Shown one piece after another: positions 1 through 7,053 of a stretch of 21,272 bases of DNA. This stretch comes from Fibrobacteria bacterium. Lineage in GTDB: Bacteria; Fibrobacterota; Chitinivibrionia; Chitinivibrionales; FEN-1185. A program made the position numbers and the translations under genes. The notes under the pieces are model-generated. The model did not search any database and was not told where the DNA came from. It saw nothing but the letters and a program-made list of their open reading frames with translations. The stretch covers positions 1 to 21,272 of the forward strand of contig JBBIGR010000061.1 in NCBI GenBank assembly GCA_037447435.1, given 5' to 3'. The first letter of the stretch is position 1. Each line of letters opens with the position of its first letter.

Positions 1-160
1 GTGTTACTTAGCACAGAGCATTAAATGGTCTCATTAATATAGTCAGAGAGGGATTGGTGTTAAAATTGAATCGAGATGATTTGTGTTTTGATTATTTGGA
101 TTTGTAGTACTAATATCATTTGAATTAATAGAGCAGCCCAATTGAGCAGTAAGGAAAAAT

Positions 161-229
161 GTGAAAATGAATTTTAAAGTGTTTTTTGTTTTCATTTTTA
201 TGTCTAGCATAGGGCAAATTTGCCGGTGA
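161..229 (+). pseudogene. Possible 5' remnant of a decayed secreted-protein gene (22-aa signal-peptide-like ORF)
   Basis: AAGGA at 151-155 precedes GTG 161 (in-frame ATG 167). It encodes MKMNFKVFFVFIFMSSIGQICR*, a basic N-terminus plus hydrophobic stretch, followed by only short broken frames. Confidence 0.2.
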
Positions 230-503
230 CATGTAATTTATAAAACAATTCCCCGTCGGATGTACTTCCTGAGTTTTGCAAATACGATTACCTGTAATAA
301 ATTTCCGCGCAGACCGAAAATGATACCTAGCAAATTATACAATTAAAATAGTTTACTAACAACAGTGATGAGTACGTTCCTTTCGATGCGCCTCTCAGGA
401 GCTAAATTGACCGGGCATCGCAGTAAAAAGTCCAACGGATTGGTAACGGCTTCCTGAAATATTCCCCGCTGCTTTTCCCTAAATAAGCACGTAAAATACT
501 CAT

Positions 504-528
504 ACGCAGTTAAATCGTTTAACTGTGT
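504..528. repeat. Inverted repeat/hairpin ACGCAGTTAAA-TCG-TTTAACTGTGT
   Basis: 11-bp arms with one mismatch (G:U-compatible on the + strand) and a 3-nt loop. Confidence 0.6.
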
Positions 529-704
529 CCGCTGCTGTTAAAAACACCCGTTTGTATAATTACTAATGTCAATAAAAAACCGATGTTTTATTACCCGGAT
601 CGCCTCTGTGGAAGGTGTTAACCAATGCGAATATGAAACGGCGGTTTTGAGAGGGAAAAAGACGGACGATACTTGTATATACATTTTTACCGATCGTAAT
701 AAAA

Positions 705-900
705 AGAAATCTAAACGCTTAAAAAGATTAAGCGGTAAAGGAAAATTCACAGCATCGGAGTTTGACAAAAAGAATGTTAACATAAGAGAGAAGTCTAAAC
801 GCTTAACGTCTTAAGCGGTTAGATGTTTTCATGAAAAACCTCGTCTTTGCGACAACGTTTACATGTACGCCTGAGTTAAGCGGTTGAACGGGTTTTCATG
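705..900. repeat. Array of repeated palindromic elements, consensus TCTAAACGCTTAA-N4/5-TTAAGCGGTTAGA; putative operator cluster
   Basis: Copy 1 at 710-740 (TCTAAACGCTTAA AAAGA TTAAGCGGTAAAG), copy 2 at 794-823 (TCTAAACGCTTAA CGTC TTAAGCGGTTAGA), half copy at 876-888 (TTAAGCGGTTGAA). Copies 2 and 3 are both followed by GTTTTCATG (825-833, 892-900). Confidence 0.75.
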
Positions 901-911
901 TATGATATTAT
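884..911 (+). promoter_or_regulatory. Candidate sigma70 promoter (upstream): TTGAAC-16 bp-TATTAT with extended -10 TG
   Basis: TTGAAC 884-889, TG 903-904, TATTAT 906-911. The -35 overlaps the third repeat copy. Confidence 0.35.
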
Positions 912-979
912 TTACAAAGAAGTTACGGAGCAAACAGAGAAAAGCGGATGAAAAAAATATTATGAATGATGAAAAAGAG

Positions 980-1008
980 TTGGCAAATTCAAAAAAATTG
1001 ATTATATT
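980..1008 (+). promoter_or_regulatory. Candidate sigma70 promoter for the 1054 gene: TTGGCA-17 bp-TATATT
   Basis: TTGGCA 980-985, TATATT 1003-1008 with optimal spacing; SD AAGGAG lies just upstream of ATG 1054. Confidence 0.5.
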
Positions 1009-1053
1009 AGGCCCGAAATCGAAAACGTAAATTAACAAAAAGGAGTAAAATAT

Positions 1054-2430
1054 ATGCGAAGCCCATCGGTGTTTTCTTGGTGTTTATCTCTTGTCATCGT
1101 ATCTGTTGCCGTTGCCCAGAACTCTCCGGACCTTGCCTGGGCACAATCGATCCCCGTATACGGAACTGCCGGGGCGGTTTCTATTGTGGCGCTCCAAAAC
1201 GGAAATGGATATGCACTTGCCGGAAGCTGTGGCGCAAATTCGCTGCAAGCCCAAAACGATGTCGTGTTTCTGGCTAAAACGGATTTGAACGGAAATCCGA
1301 ATTCAAAAGTCACTATATACGATACATATAATAATCCCGTCAATATCGGTTCCCATGATGTTAGCTCCGTTCTCCAGGATGCGTACGGAGACTTAATACT
1401 TGTCGGCACGCGTAAGGCCCATTCACATCATTCTCAAAACACGAACGCGTGGATACTGTGCGTCAATTCCTGCGGTGCGGTGAAATGGCAAACCGCTTTC
1501 GGCGGAATGCAGGGCGAACAATTTACCGCGCAATGCGCGATGATCATGAAAAACGGAGACATTGTCATTGGCGGGCAAAAGGATTCGAACGCATGGATCG
1601 GTTGCCTGGGCGATGACGGGCAAACCAAATGGTCCAATACGTATGCTGGAGAAAAGATACTTTCATTATATCAAATCGCGTACTCGTCATCCGGAAATTA
1701 TTATGCAACAAGCGTTTCAAAAATCAATTCATCAAATATGCTTAATATTTATTGTATGGATTGGCAGGGGACGTTGCTTTCCAATCAGGTAGGTTCGCTT
1801 CCTAAGCTCAAATGCAATCAGCCTGTTTTGAATTCTACCGGAGATATGAATTCGTTCTTTGCCGCAAAAAACCCTGATAACAATGCCTGCACTATCATTG
1901 CTTTTGGCCGCGACGGAGAAAAAGAGTGGAACAAGGAATTATTGTTTGGAAATGGCGGAAACGTCAGCATATCGGCGCTCGCTTCATATGCCGATAATTT
2001 CCGCCTCATCGGCGGGGACAGGGAATATGGACCGGCCGATGGTCCCAAATTCATGTGGGTCGCGGGGGTAGACAGCATCGGCAACGAGCAGTGGTTTATG
2101 TCCTATACCGCAGCGCAATCCATTTGCGCATTGTTGCCTTGTCCTAAAAATCATTCGTTCATCGCCGTTGCCAGAAACCCGGGAAGCAAAAACAATCTGA
2201 GTATTTGTAAATTTAGTTTTTCGGAAGACCGCAACATAACCGCGGCTGCGCTAGTCGTGCAAAACAGGAAAAACGCCCTCGGACAACCGATCGGCGCAAA
2301 TGTGTACGATGTCCAGGGGCGTAAAATTGCACTATCGCAAGCAGGACAATTGCCGCATGGGTTGTTTTACAGCCGCATCCAGTCGAATGGAAATGCCGGG
2401 ACGATGGCTTTCCAGATAATTCGGAAGTAA
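1054..2430 (+). CDS. Secreted protein with repetitive beta-strand (beta-propeller-like) domain and T9SS-type C-terminal sorting tail
   Basis: 458 aa with SD AAGGAG and signal peptide (SLVIVSVAVA|Q). Repeats of the type AWILCVNSCGAVKWQTAFGG, AWIGCLGDDGQTKWSNTY, MWVAGVDSIGNEQWFMSY. C-terminus VYDVQGRKI...LPHGLFYSRI...FQIIRK. Confidence 0.8.
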   Translation: MRSPSVFSWCLSLVIVSVAVAQNSPDLAWAQSIPVYGTAGAVSIVALQNGNGYALAGSCGANSLQAQNDVVFLAKTDLNGNPNSKVTIYDTYNNPVNIGSHDVSSVLQDAYGDLILVGTRKAHSHHSQNTNAWILCVNSCGAVKWQTAFGGMQGEQFTAQCAMIMKNGDIVIGGQKDSNAWIGCLGDDGQTKWSNTYAGEKILSLYQIAYSSSGNYYATSVSKINSSNMLNIYCMDWQGTLLSNQVGSLPKLKCNQPVLNSTGDMNSFFAAKNPDNNACTIIAFGRDGEKEWNKELLFGNGGNVSISALASYADNFRLIGGDREYGPADGPKFMWVAGVDSIGNEQWFMSYTAAQSICALLPCPKNHSFIAVARNPGSKNNLSICKFSFSEDRNITAAALVVQNRKNALGQPIGANVYDVQGRKIALSQAGQLPHGLFYSRIQSNGNAGTMAFQIIRK

Positions 2431-2454
2431 TTATCCCGAAGAAAATTGGAAGTT

Positions 2455-2489
2455 AAAAGCCCTCGTTGCAATCAACGAGGGCTTTTTTT
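2455..2489. terminator. Bidirectional rho-independent terminator
   Basis: AAAAGCCCTCGTTG-CAAT-CAACGAGGGCTTTT perfect stem with a T7 tract on + and an A4 tract (T4 on -), between two convergent genes. Confidence 0.9.
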
Positions 2490-2530
2490 GTATGCAACCG
2501 CGGCCGGGGAAGCCGATTTAAAAAAGGAAG

Positions 2531-4099
2531 TTAACGGGTCAGAACAATGGTTGCCGAAACGGTCGGAGTGTTGTTGGAATAGAGTATGCAATGGTAAATG
2601 CCCGAGGGGAGGGCTTTGGCAGGCGAAAGTAAAATAGTATGAAGGCCCGGCGATGATACGCTCCCGATAAAACTGCTTTGTAAAACGCCTCTATTGTCGA
2701 AAAGCGAAAGTGTAATCGGGGAAGCCGCGGGCGCCGAAAATGAAACATGTATGCCCAAAGCGTTGGTAAACGGATGCAGTGTGAAATCGTTTGACGACGT
2801 TTGCGAATGAATTACGGAATGCGACGATGTGACAAGGGGCTTTGCGGGGGCCGCACTGCAATTGAGGCCCAATGCGGTTATGATGCCGCAGTTTTTAGTG
2901 CATTTCTCTGTTTTTGCGTTTTCCGCCAATGCAAACATGATTGTGGTGGCCTGGGTTTGCGTAAGTGAAGAGTTCCCGCCGAACGCGCTGGTGATTTGGC
3001 CGAAATTCGCCGGTGTCGCAATGGTATATGCCTGCGTATTGTCGCCGAGTTTCTTGGTTGTCCACCAACACCAGCCGATATTGTTAGTTTCGCATTGGTT
3101 TTTTGTGTTTTGCGCCCACGCATTGTTGTTTTCCCCGAACTCGCCGTTGAACAGCGGATATCCGGTGTTGTTTCGTACCGTGTAATACGAAGAATAACTG
3201 TTTACATTCGCATTATCGAAGTTGTAATCGTGGAAATCCCAGGCCATGTTGCTGTCGATCGGGGATAAATTGGTAAAGTCGGTAGACCAACCTACCGCGC
3301 TTTCCACAAACAGCATATGATTTTTGTCAACAGCGCGTATCGCAGGCGCAAGCCTTTTGTAAAACGCCAGCAGTATTTTGTTTTGCGCAGTATTGTCGTC
3401 GTTTTCCTGCGGGTCCTTCGACGCGTCATAAATTATCGGTTCATCGAACAAATCATAACCGCCGACCCATTCCCGATCCGCGTATCGTTGCGCGATATAG
3501 GTCCATAAATGAATTGTCCACGGTTGATAGGTGGCCGAATCGTTCCAAAGCCTCGGATTCCCGTCCGAAACATCGCTCATCAGTTCCACATTTTGTCCGC
3601 CGGGCGCTGCATGCATTGCCAAAATAATATAAACGCCGTATCGCGCTCCCCATGCCACCACGCTGTCGAGCATCGCAAAGCCGCCGGGAATGTATACGCC
3701 GTCGGCCGAACTTAACCAATGATAATTCATCGAGATCCTGAGCGCGTTTATGCCCCATCCGGCGTATTGGGCCACATCCGCTTCGGTTATGATGTTTTTT
3801 GTCCATCGCGCATAAAAGGTATCGGCATTTGCCGTGCCCATGAGTTGGTTGAGCTTGTTCCTGATGGCCGTATGGCTGTAGGTCGGATTGCTTGGTGTTC
3901 CCACATCTGCGCCGGGCAGTCCGAGAAAATAGTTTTCTATATTCATCCATTCGCCGGGACCCCAGGATTTTATGATAAATGTTTTTCCCTGAGAATCAAC
4001 GATGTTTTTTGCGCTTCGGTGAAGAAACGCGCTGCTGCTTGTTGATAAAATTGCGATGAACAGGCACGACGTCAATAATCTGATCATTTTTTTTCTCAT
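2531..4099 (-). CDS. Secreted glycoside hydrolase family 5 (cellulase superfamily, GH5_46-like) with C-terminal sorting tail
   Basis: 522 aa with signal peptide (...LSTSSSA|F). GH5 motifs WGINALRISMNY, ILAMHAAPGGQN, GYDLFDEP (acid/base Glu), FHDY, NGEFGEN (nucleophile), GWCWWT. S/T-rich linker, then LSLFDNRG...LPSGIYHCIL tail. Confidence 0.9.
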   Translation of the reverse strand: MRKKMIRLLTSCLFIAILSTSSSAFLHRSAKNIVDSQGKTFIIKSWGPGEWMNIENYFLGLPGADVGTPSNPTYSHTAIRNKLNQLMGTANADTFYARWTKNIITEADVAQYAGWGINALRISMNYHWLSSADGVYIPGGFAMLDSVVAWGARYGVYIILAMHAAPGGQNVELMSDVSDGNPRLWNDSATYQPWTIHLWTYIAQRYADREWVGGYDLFDEPIIYDASKDPQENDDNTAQNKILLAFYKRLAPAIRAVDKNHMLFVESAVGWSTDFTNLSPIDSNMAWDFHDYNFDNANVNSYSSYYTVRNNTGYPLFNGEFGENNNAWAQNTKNQCETNNIGWCWWTTKKLGDNTQAYTIATPANFGQITSAFGGNSSLTQTQATTIMFALAENAKTEKCTKNCGIITALGLNCSAAPAKPLVTSSHSVIHSQTSSNDFTLHPFTNALGIHVSFSAPAASPITLSLFDNRGVLQSSFIGSVSSPGLHTILLSPAKALPSGIYHCILYSNNTPTVSATIVLTR

Positions 4100-4162
4100 G
4101 ATAAAATCCTTATTTGGGTGATTGGACGAATAAATCGTTGATGAGATAAGATAGCGAAAAGG

Positions 4163-4183
4163 CTTTTACATTTTGTGTAAAAG
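4163..4183. promoter_or_regulatory. Palindrome CTTTTACA-N5-TGTAAAAG upstream of the GH5 gene; putative regulator site
   Basis: Perfect 8-bp inverted arms 64-84 bp upstream of the GH5 start. A TATCTT -10-like hexamer lies downstream on the - strand with no good -35. Confidence 0.45.
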
Positions 4184-4239
4184 GGCTTTCAATGGCGGAT
4201 TGGTGGGGTTTTAAAGAAAAATGTCAATGCCAAGAGGAA

Positions 4240-5370
4240 TCAAATGCTGGAATCTAAAGCCTTTTTCCTGAATTCGCTGGGCGAAATTTTATAGACTTGC
4301 TTGAACACCCGGTAAAAATGCGTGATATTCTGATACCCAACACTGTAGGAAATCTCAGAAATCTGACGATCGGTTTCCCGAAATAGCCTTTGGGCTTCGG
4401 ACAATCGGATGGTATTCAAATATTGTTTAAACGAAAGGTTGAACGATAATTGAATGACTTGGGCAATTTTTGAAGAGCTTATTCCCGTTTTTTCGCTGAT
4501 TTTGGTAATCGTCAAACCCTTGTCGGTATAATCTTTCGCAATACAGTCGACGATTTTTCGAAGATATTCGTCGTTGTAGTTTACCATATTGAGTTTTTCA
4601 TACGGTATTGCAAGAGGTGTTTTTATCCTTTTTATCATCGTCGCATAAAAACAGAACCCTGCATAATACAAGAACACAAGAGCAATCGTTATTCCGTACA
4701 GCAGGGTATTGTCTTTTTCAAACCGGATTGCGTAAATCCGAATTTGCTCGTCTATGTCGCCGGGGGAGATGTCTTCGCTTTCGATTTGCATATCGATGAG
4801 CCGGCTGTAATCGATGTCGCCCACTTGCGATTCGGTCAATTTGTTTTCGCTGAACCACCATGATTCCGTGTTAAAGGATTCAAGACTCAGGGAATAGGTA
4901 TTGGTGCCCGGAAGCAGATACAGGTCGCGCATATTAGGCCGATACGTATCTTCGCGGCCGTATTTCGTAATGGCTGGCGCGAAGGTTCTCAGCGTGATTT
5001 GCAGGCCTTTGGAATTATACGACGTCGCGGATAAAACAAGGTGTTTGTACGGAGTTATGTTGACAAATTGTGTCCCGACCGGTTTGTTTATCTGGAAACC
5101 GGCATACGGATATTCGATAGCCGATACCCGGTGAAAAACGGCATGGATGCTTACGCTGTCGATGCCGAGTTCCTTAACATATGATTTCCCCTTGTTTTTG
5201 CCGTTTATCGAACTGTCGGAATACGCCGCAAGACGGTCGCCGTGAATGCCCGGAAAAACGACGAGGTCTTTGTTGACATAGCCAACAATAGCGGGAATGC
5301 AAAATAAAAGGGGCAAAACAAGCAATAGCTTTTTTTTAAGTGTCACGCGGTCGCTCATTCGCTCCGCCAT
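4240..5370 (-). CDS. Membrane-anchored AraC-family transcriptional regulator with extracytoplasmic CBM-like sensor domain
   Basis: 376 aa. N-terminal hydrophobic helix (LLLVLPLLFCIPAIVGYV), ~190-aa soluble domain with aromatic motifs (YPYAGF, ESWWF), second TM (LLYGITIALVFLYYAGFCFYA), C-terminal AraC HTH (SFKQYLNTIRLSEAQRL...ISEISYSVGYQNITHFYRVFKQVYKISPSEFRK). The exact start codon is uncertain. Confidence 0.9.
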   Translation of the reverse strand: MAERMSDRVTLKKKLLLVLPLLFCIPAIVGYVNKDLVVFPGIHGDRLAAYSDSSINGKNKGKSYVKELGIDSVSIHAVFHRVSAIEYPYAGFQINKPVGTQFVNITPYKHLVLSATSYNSKGLQITLRTFAPAITKYGREDTYRPNMRDLYLLPGTNTYSLSLESFNTESWWFSENKLTESQVGDIDYSRLIDMQIESEDISPGDIDEQIRIYAIRFEKDNTLLYGITIALVFLYYAGFCFYATMIKRIKTPLAIPYEKLNMVNYNDEYLRKIVDCIAKDYTDKGLTITKISEKTGISSSKIAQVIQLSFNLSFKQYLNTIRLSEAQRLFRETDRQISEISYSVGYQNITHFYRVFKQVYKISPSEFRKKALDSSI

Positions 5371-5372
5371 GG

Positions 5373-6875
5373 TTATGCCCAGTATTCGAAGGTGACGATG
5401 TCCCAGAGTTTGACTTCGGGCAACACGAACGAACTGGTGCTGTCGTCGTTTTGCACCTGGATTTGCACCGGCTCGCTATTGTATCCGTAAACTTTTGCGC
5501 TCGAAAAGTTTCTTTTGAAAAGGGAATTGGGAAGCCTGATTTCGACGTCTTTTGCCGGGATGCTTCGATTGGTGCGCACGTCGAAGGCGATGTTGACAAT
5601 GTGAATTGCGATGGAACCGTCGGATTTTGCACGCGGGAAAATCCAAATCGTGTCCGACGCCGATATCGGCGAAACGGTTCCGGTGCCGAGCGCATCCGTA
5701 AAGGTGCACCGTTTTTCGGCGGTTTCAAAGGAATTGGAAGCGAGCTGCGGTACCGCAAGCGGGCCGACGGCCTTGAAATCGTTGAGCAGGTTGCCGTGCT
5801 TTTTTATGAATTGGTATAACGGCGAAAAGGTGTTCGCCGAACCGCAATACCAATGGGGTCCGTGGTCCGCCGCACTGCACAAAACGCGGTTGGGCGCCAT
5901 GAACAATTGCCCGCAGGCGCTCGCCAGTGCTATCCAAACGCAAGCGAGATTGTCGGCATTATGCGAATTGATGAATGCCCAGTTTTCCGGCGTTGCGGTT
6001 GCCGCGACGGGCTTTTGCAACGCCTCGGCGAACCGATACGCATTGACCGTTGACAAAAGGCCGGCCGGCATATTGCCGGGGTTGTGTTCCATGTCGCTTA
6101 CGCAATAGGTCAAATGCGGGACAAGGGGCAAATATTCGGGCATGGTAAGTGAAATGTTCGCGCTCAGGGTAATGGCACCCGCGACGATGTCGGCGGCAAG
6201 ATTACCCATGGACACCGCGTTCGCGGTCGCGCTTTGCAATTGGAAATCGACGAATTCGTCCTGCAGCGGGATCTTGTTCCGTAAGGAAATGTACTGCGCC
6301 GGTTCGGCGGCGACCGTTTTGACAAGCGAAAGATAATCGAAACCGTCGAAGGTTTCGGCTTTTGCCGCAGCCAAAAGGGCCGGGGCATTAAGCTTGGAAA
6401 GATACTTTGCAAAACCGCGCATGCAATGCGTGCAAAAACAGCCGCTGTTGCGGATCGCGGTGTACGCGCTGCCGAGGTATTCTTCTATGTGAAGTCCCTG
6501 CGGGCCAGACCCCATGGTTTCGCATACCTTCCGGCGCGCGTATGCGCGGAAACCGGGGTTGTTGACGCATCCGAAATAATTGTTCGCCTCGTGATGCGAT
6601 GTCGGTCTGATCCAGGGGACCGCGATGGGCTTCTGCGCCAGATCGAGCGCAAAGGCGTTTGCAAGTTCGGGATGCGCCTGGATATCGTGGCTGTTTATCG
6701 AAAGGAAATGCGCCGTGGCAGTGGTGTGTATGTTCTGGCGCTTGAGCTTATTGACATAATCGGAAGCGTGGGATCCGCCGGAGGCAACGACGGTTGTGCC
6801 GTATTTTGCATAGGCTGTTGGGTCGGAACTCGGACACACAAACACGACATCGTCGTTTTTAAGGGTTCGGATCAT
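5373..6875 (-). CDS. Uncharacterised protein, putative TIM-barrel glycoside-hydrolase-like with CxCxxC motif and C-terminal beta domain
   Basis: 500 aa with strong SD GGAGGA and no signal peptide. Motifs VPW...FGCVNNPGFR...GLHIEEY...GCFCTHC. Ends 2 bp before the AraC gene start. Confidence 0.7.
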   Translation of the reverse strand: MIRTLKNDDVVFVCPSSDPTAYAKYGTTVVASGGSHASDYVNKLKRQNIHTTATAHFLSINSHDIQAHPELANAFALDLAQKPIAVPWIRPTSHHEANNYFGCVNNPGFRAYARRKVCETMGSGPQGLHIEEYLGSAYTAIRNSGCFCTHCMRGFAKYLSKLNAPALLAAAKAETFDGFDYLSLVKTVAAEPAQYISLRNKIPLQDEFVDFQLQSATANAVSMGNLAADIVAGAITLSANISLTMPEYLPLVPHLTYCVSDMEHNPGNMPAGLLSTVNAYRFAEALQKPVAATATPENWAFINSHNADNLACVWIALASACGQLFMAPNRVLCSAADHGPHWYCGSANTFSPLYQFIKKHGNLLNDFKAVGPLAVPQLASNSFETAEKRCTFTDALGTGTVSPISASDTIWIFPRAKSDGSIAIHIVNIAFDVRTNRSIPAKDVEIRLPNSLFKRNFSSAKVYGYNSEPVQIQVQNDDSTSSFVLPEVKLWDIVTFEYWA

Positions 6876-7053
6876 TATAATCCTCCGGTTTAATCTGAAA
6901 ATGCGGATGCAAGGTAGTATGTTTATTATATAATACCTTATCTTGTGGAAAAAGCAAAAAAGATTTTTAAAAGCTCAGGGGGATGCGCGCCGAAGGTGGT
7001 CTTCAAACTTTTATAGTGCCTCATTTGCTCATTGGTTATATACTCTATATATT

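Noticed and set aside
356..541. Integron attC site (CTAACAACAG...CTGCTGTTAA, or GTCCAAC...GTTAAAT)
   Set aside because: Complementarity is limited to the outer few bases, there are no convincing L boxes and no intact cassette ORF. The only tyrosine recombinase in the window is XerD-like, not IntI.
762..790. Perfect TTGACA -35 hexamer
   Set aside because: There is no -10 hexamer at 16-18 bp spacing (AGAGAG is found there).
538..814. Short ORFs 566..814 (+) and 538..783 (-)
   Set aside because: Neither has an SD or a recognisable domain, and their low-complexity K/R or F/L content derives from the DNA repeats and A tracts.
705..900. CRISPR array interpretation of the palindromic repeats
   Set aside because: There are only two full copies and one half copy, the periods are unequal (about 84 and 65 bp), the repeat centres vary, and no cas genes are in the window.
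6971..7015. Glycine riboswitch-like fragments (GCTCAGG, CGCCGAAGG, AAACTTT)
   Set aside because: The GGAGA and closing CTCAGG elements and the paired stems of a full aptamer are missing, and the downstream glycosyltransferase is not a glycine-related gene.
6943..7053. N-terminal extensions given in the ORF track (6943; likewise 12946 and 14448)
   Set aside because: Downstream ATGs (7054, 12877, 14403) fit the domain boundaries, SD position or ATGA coupling better.
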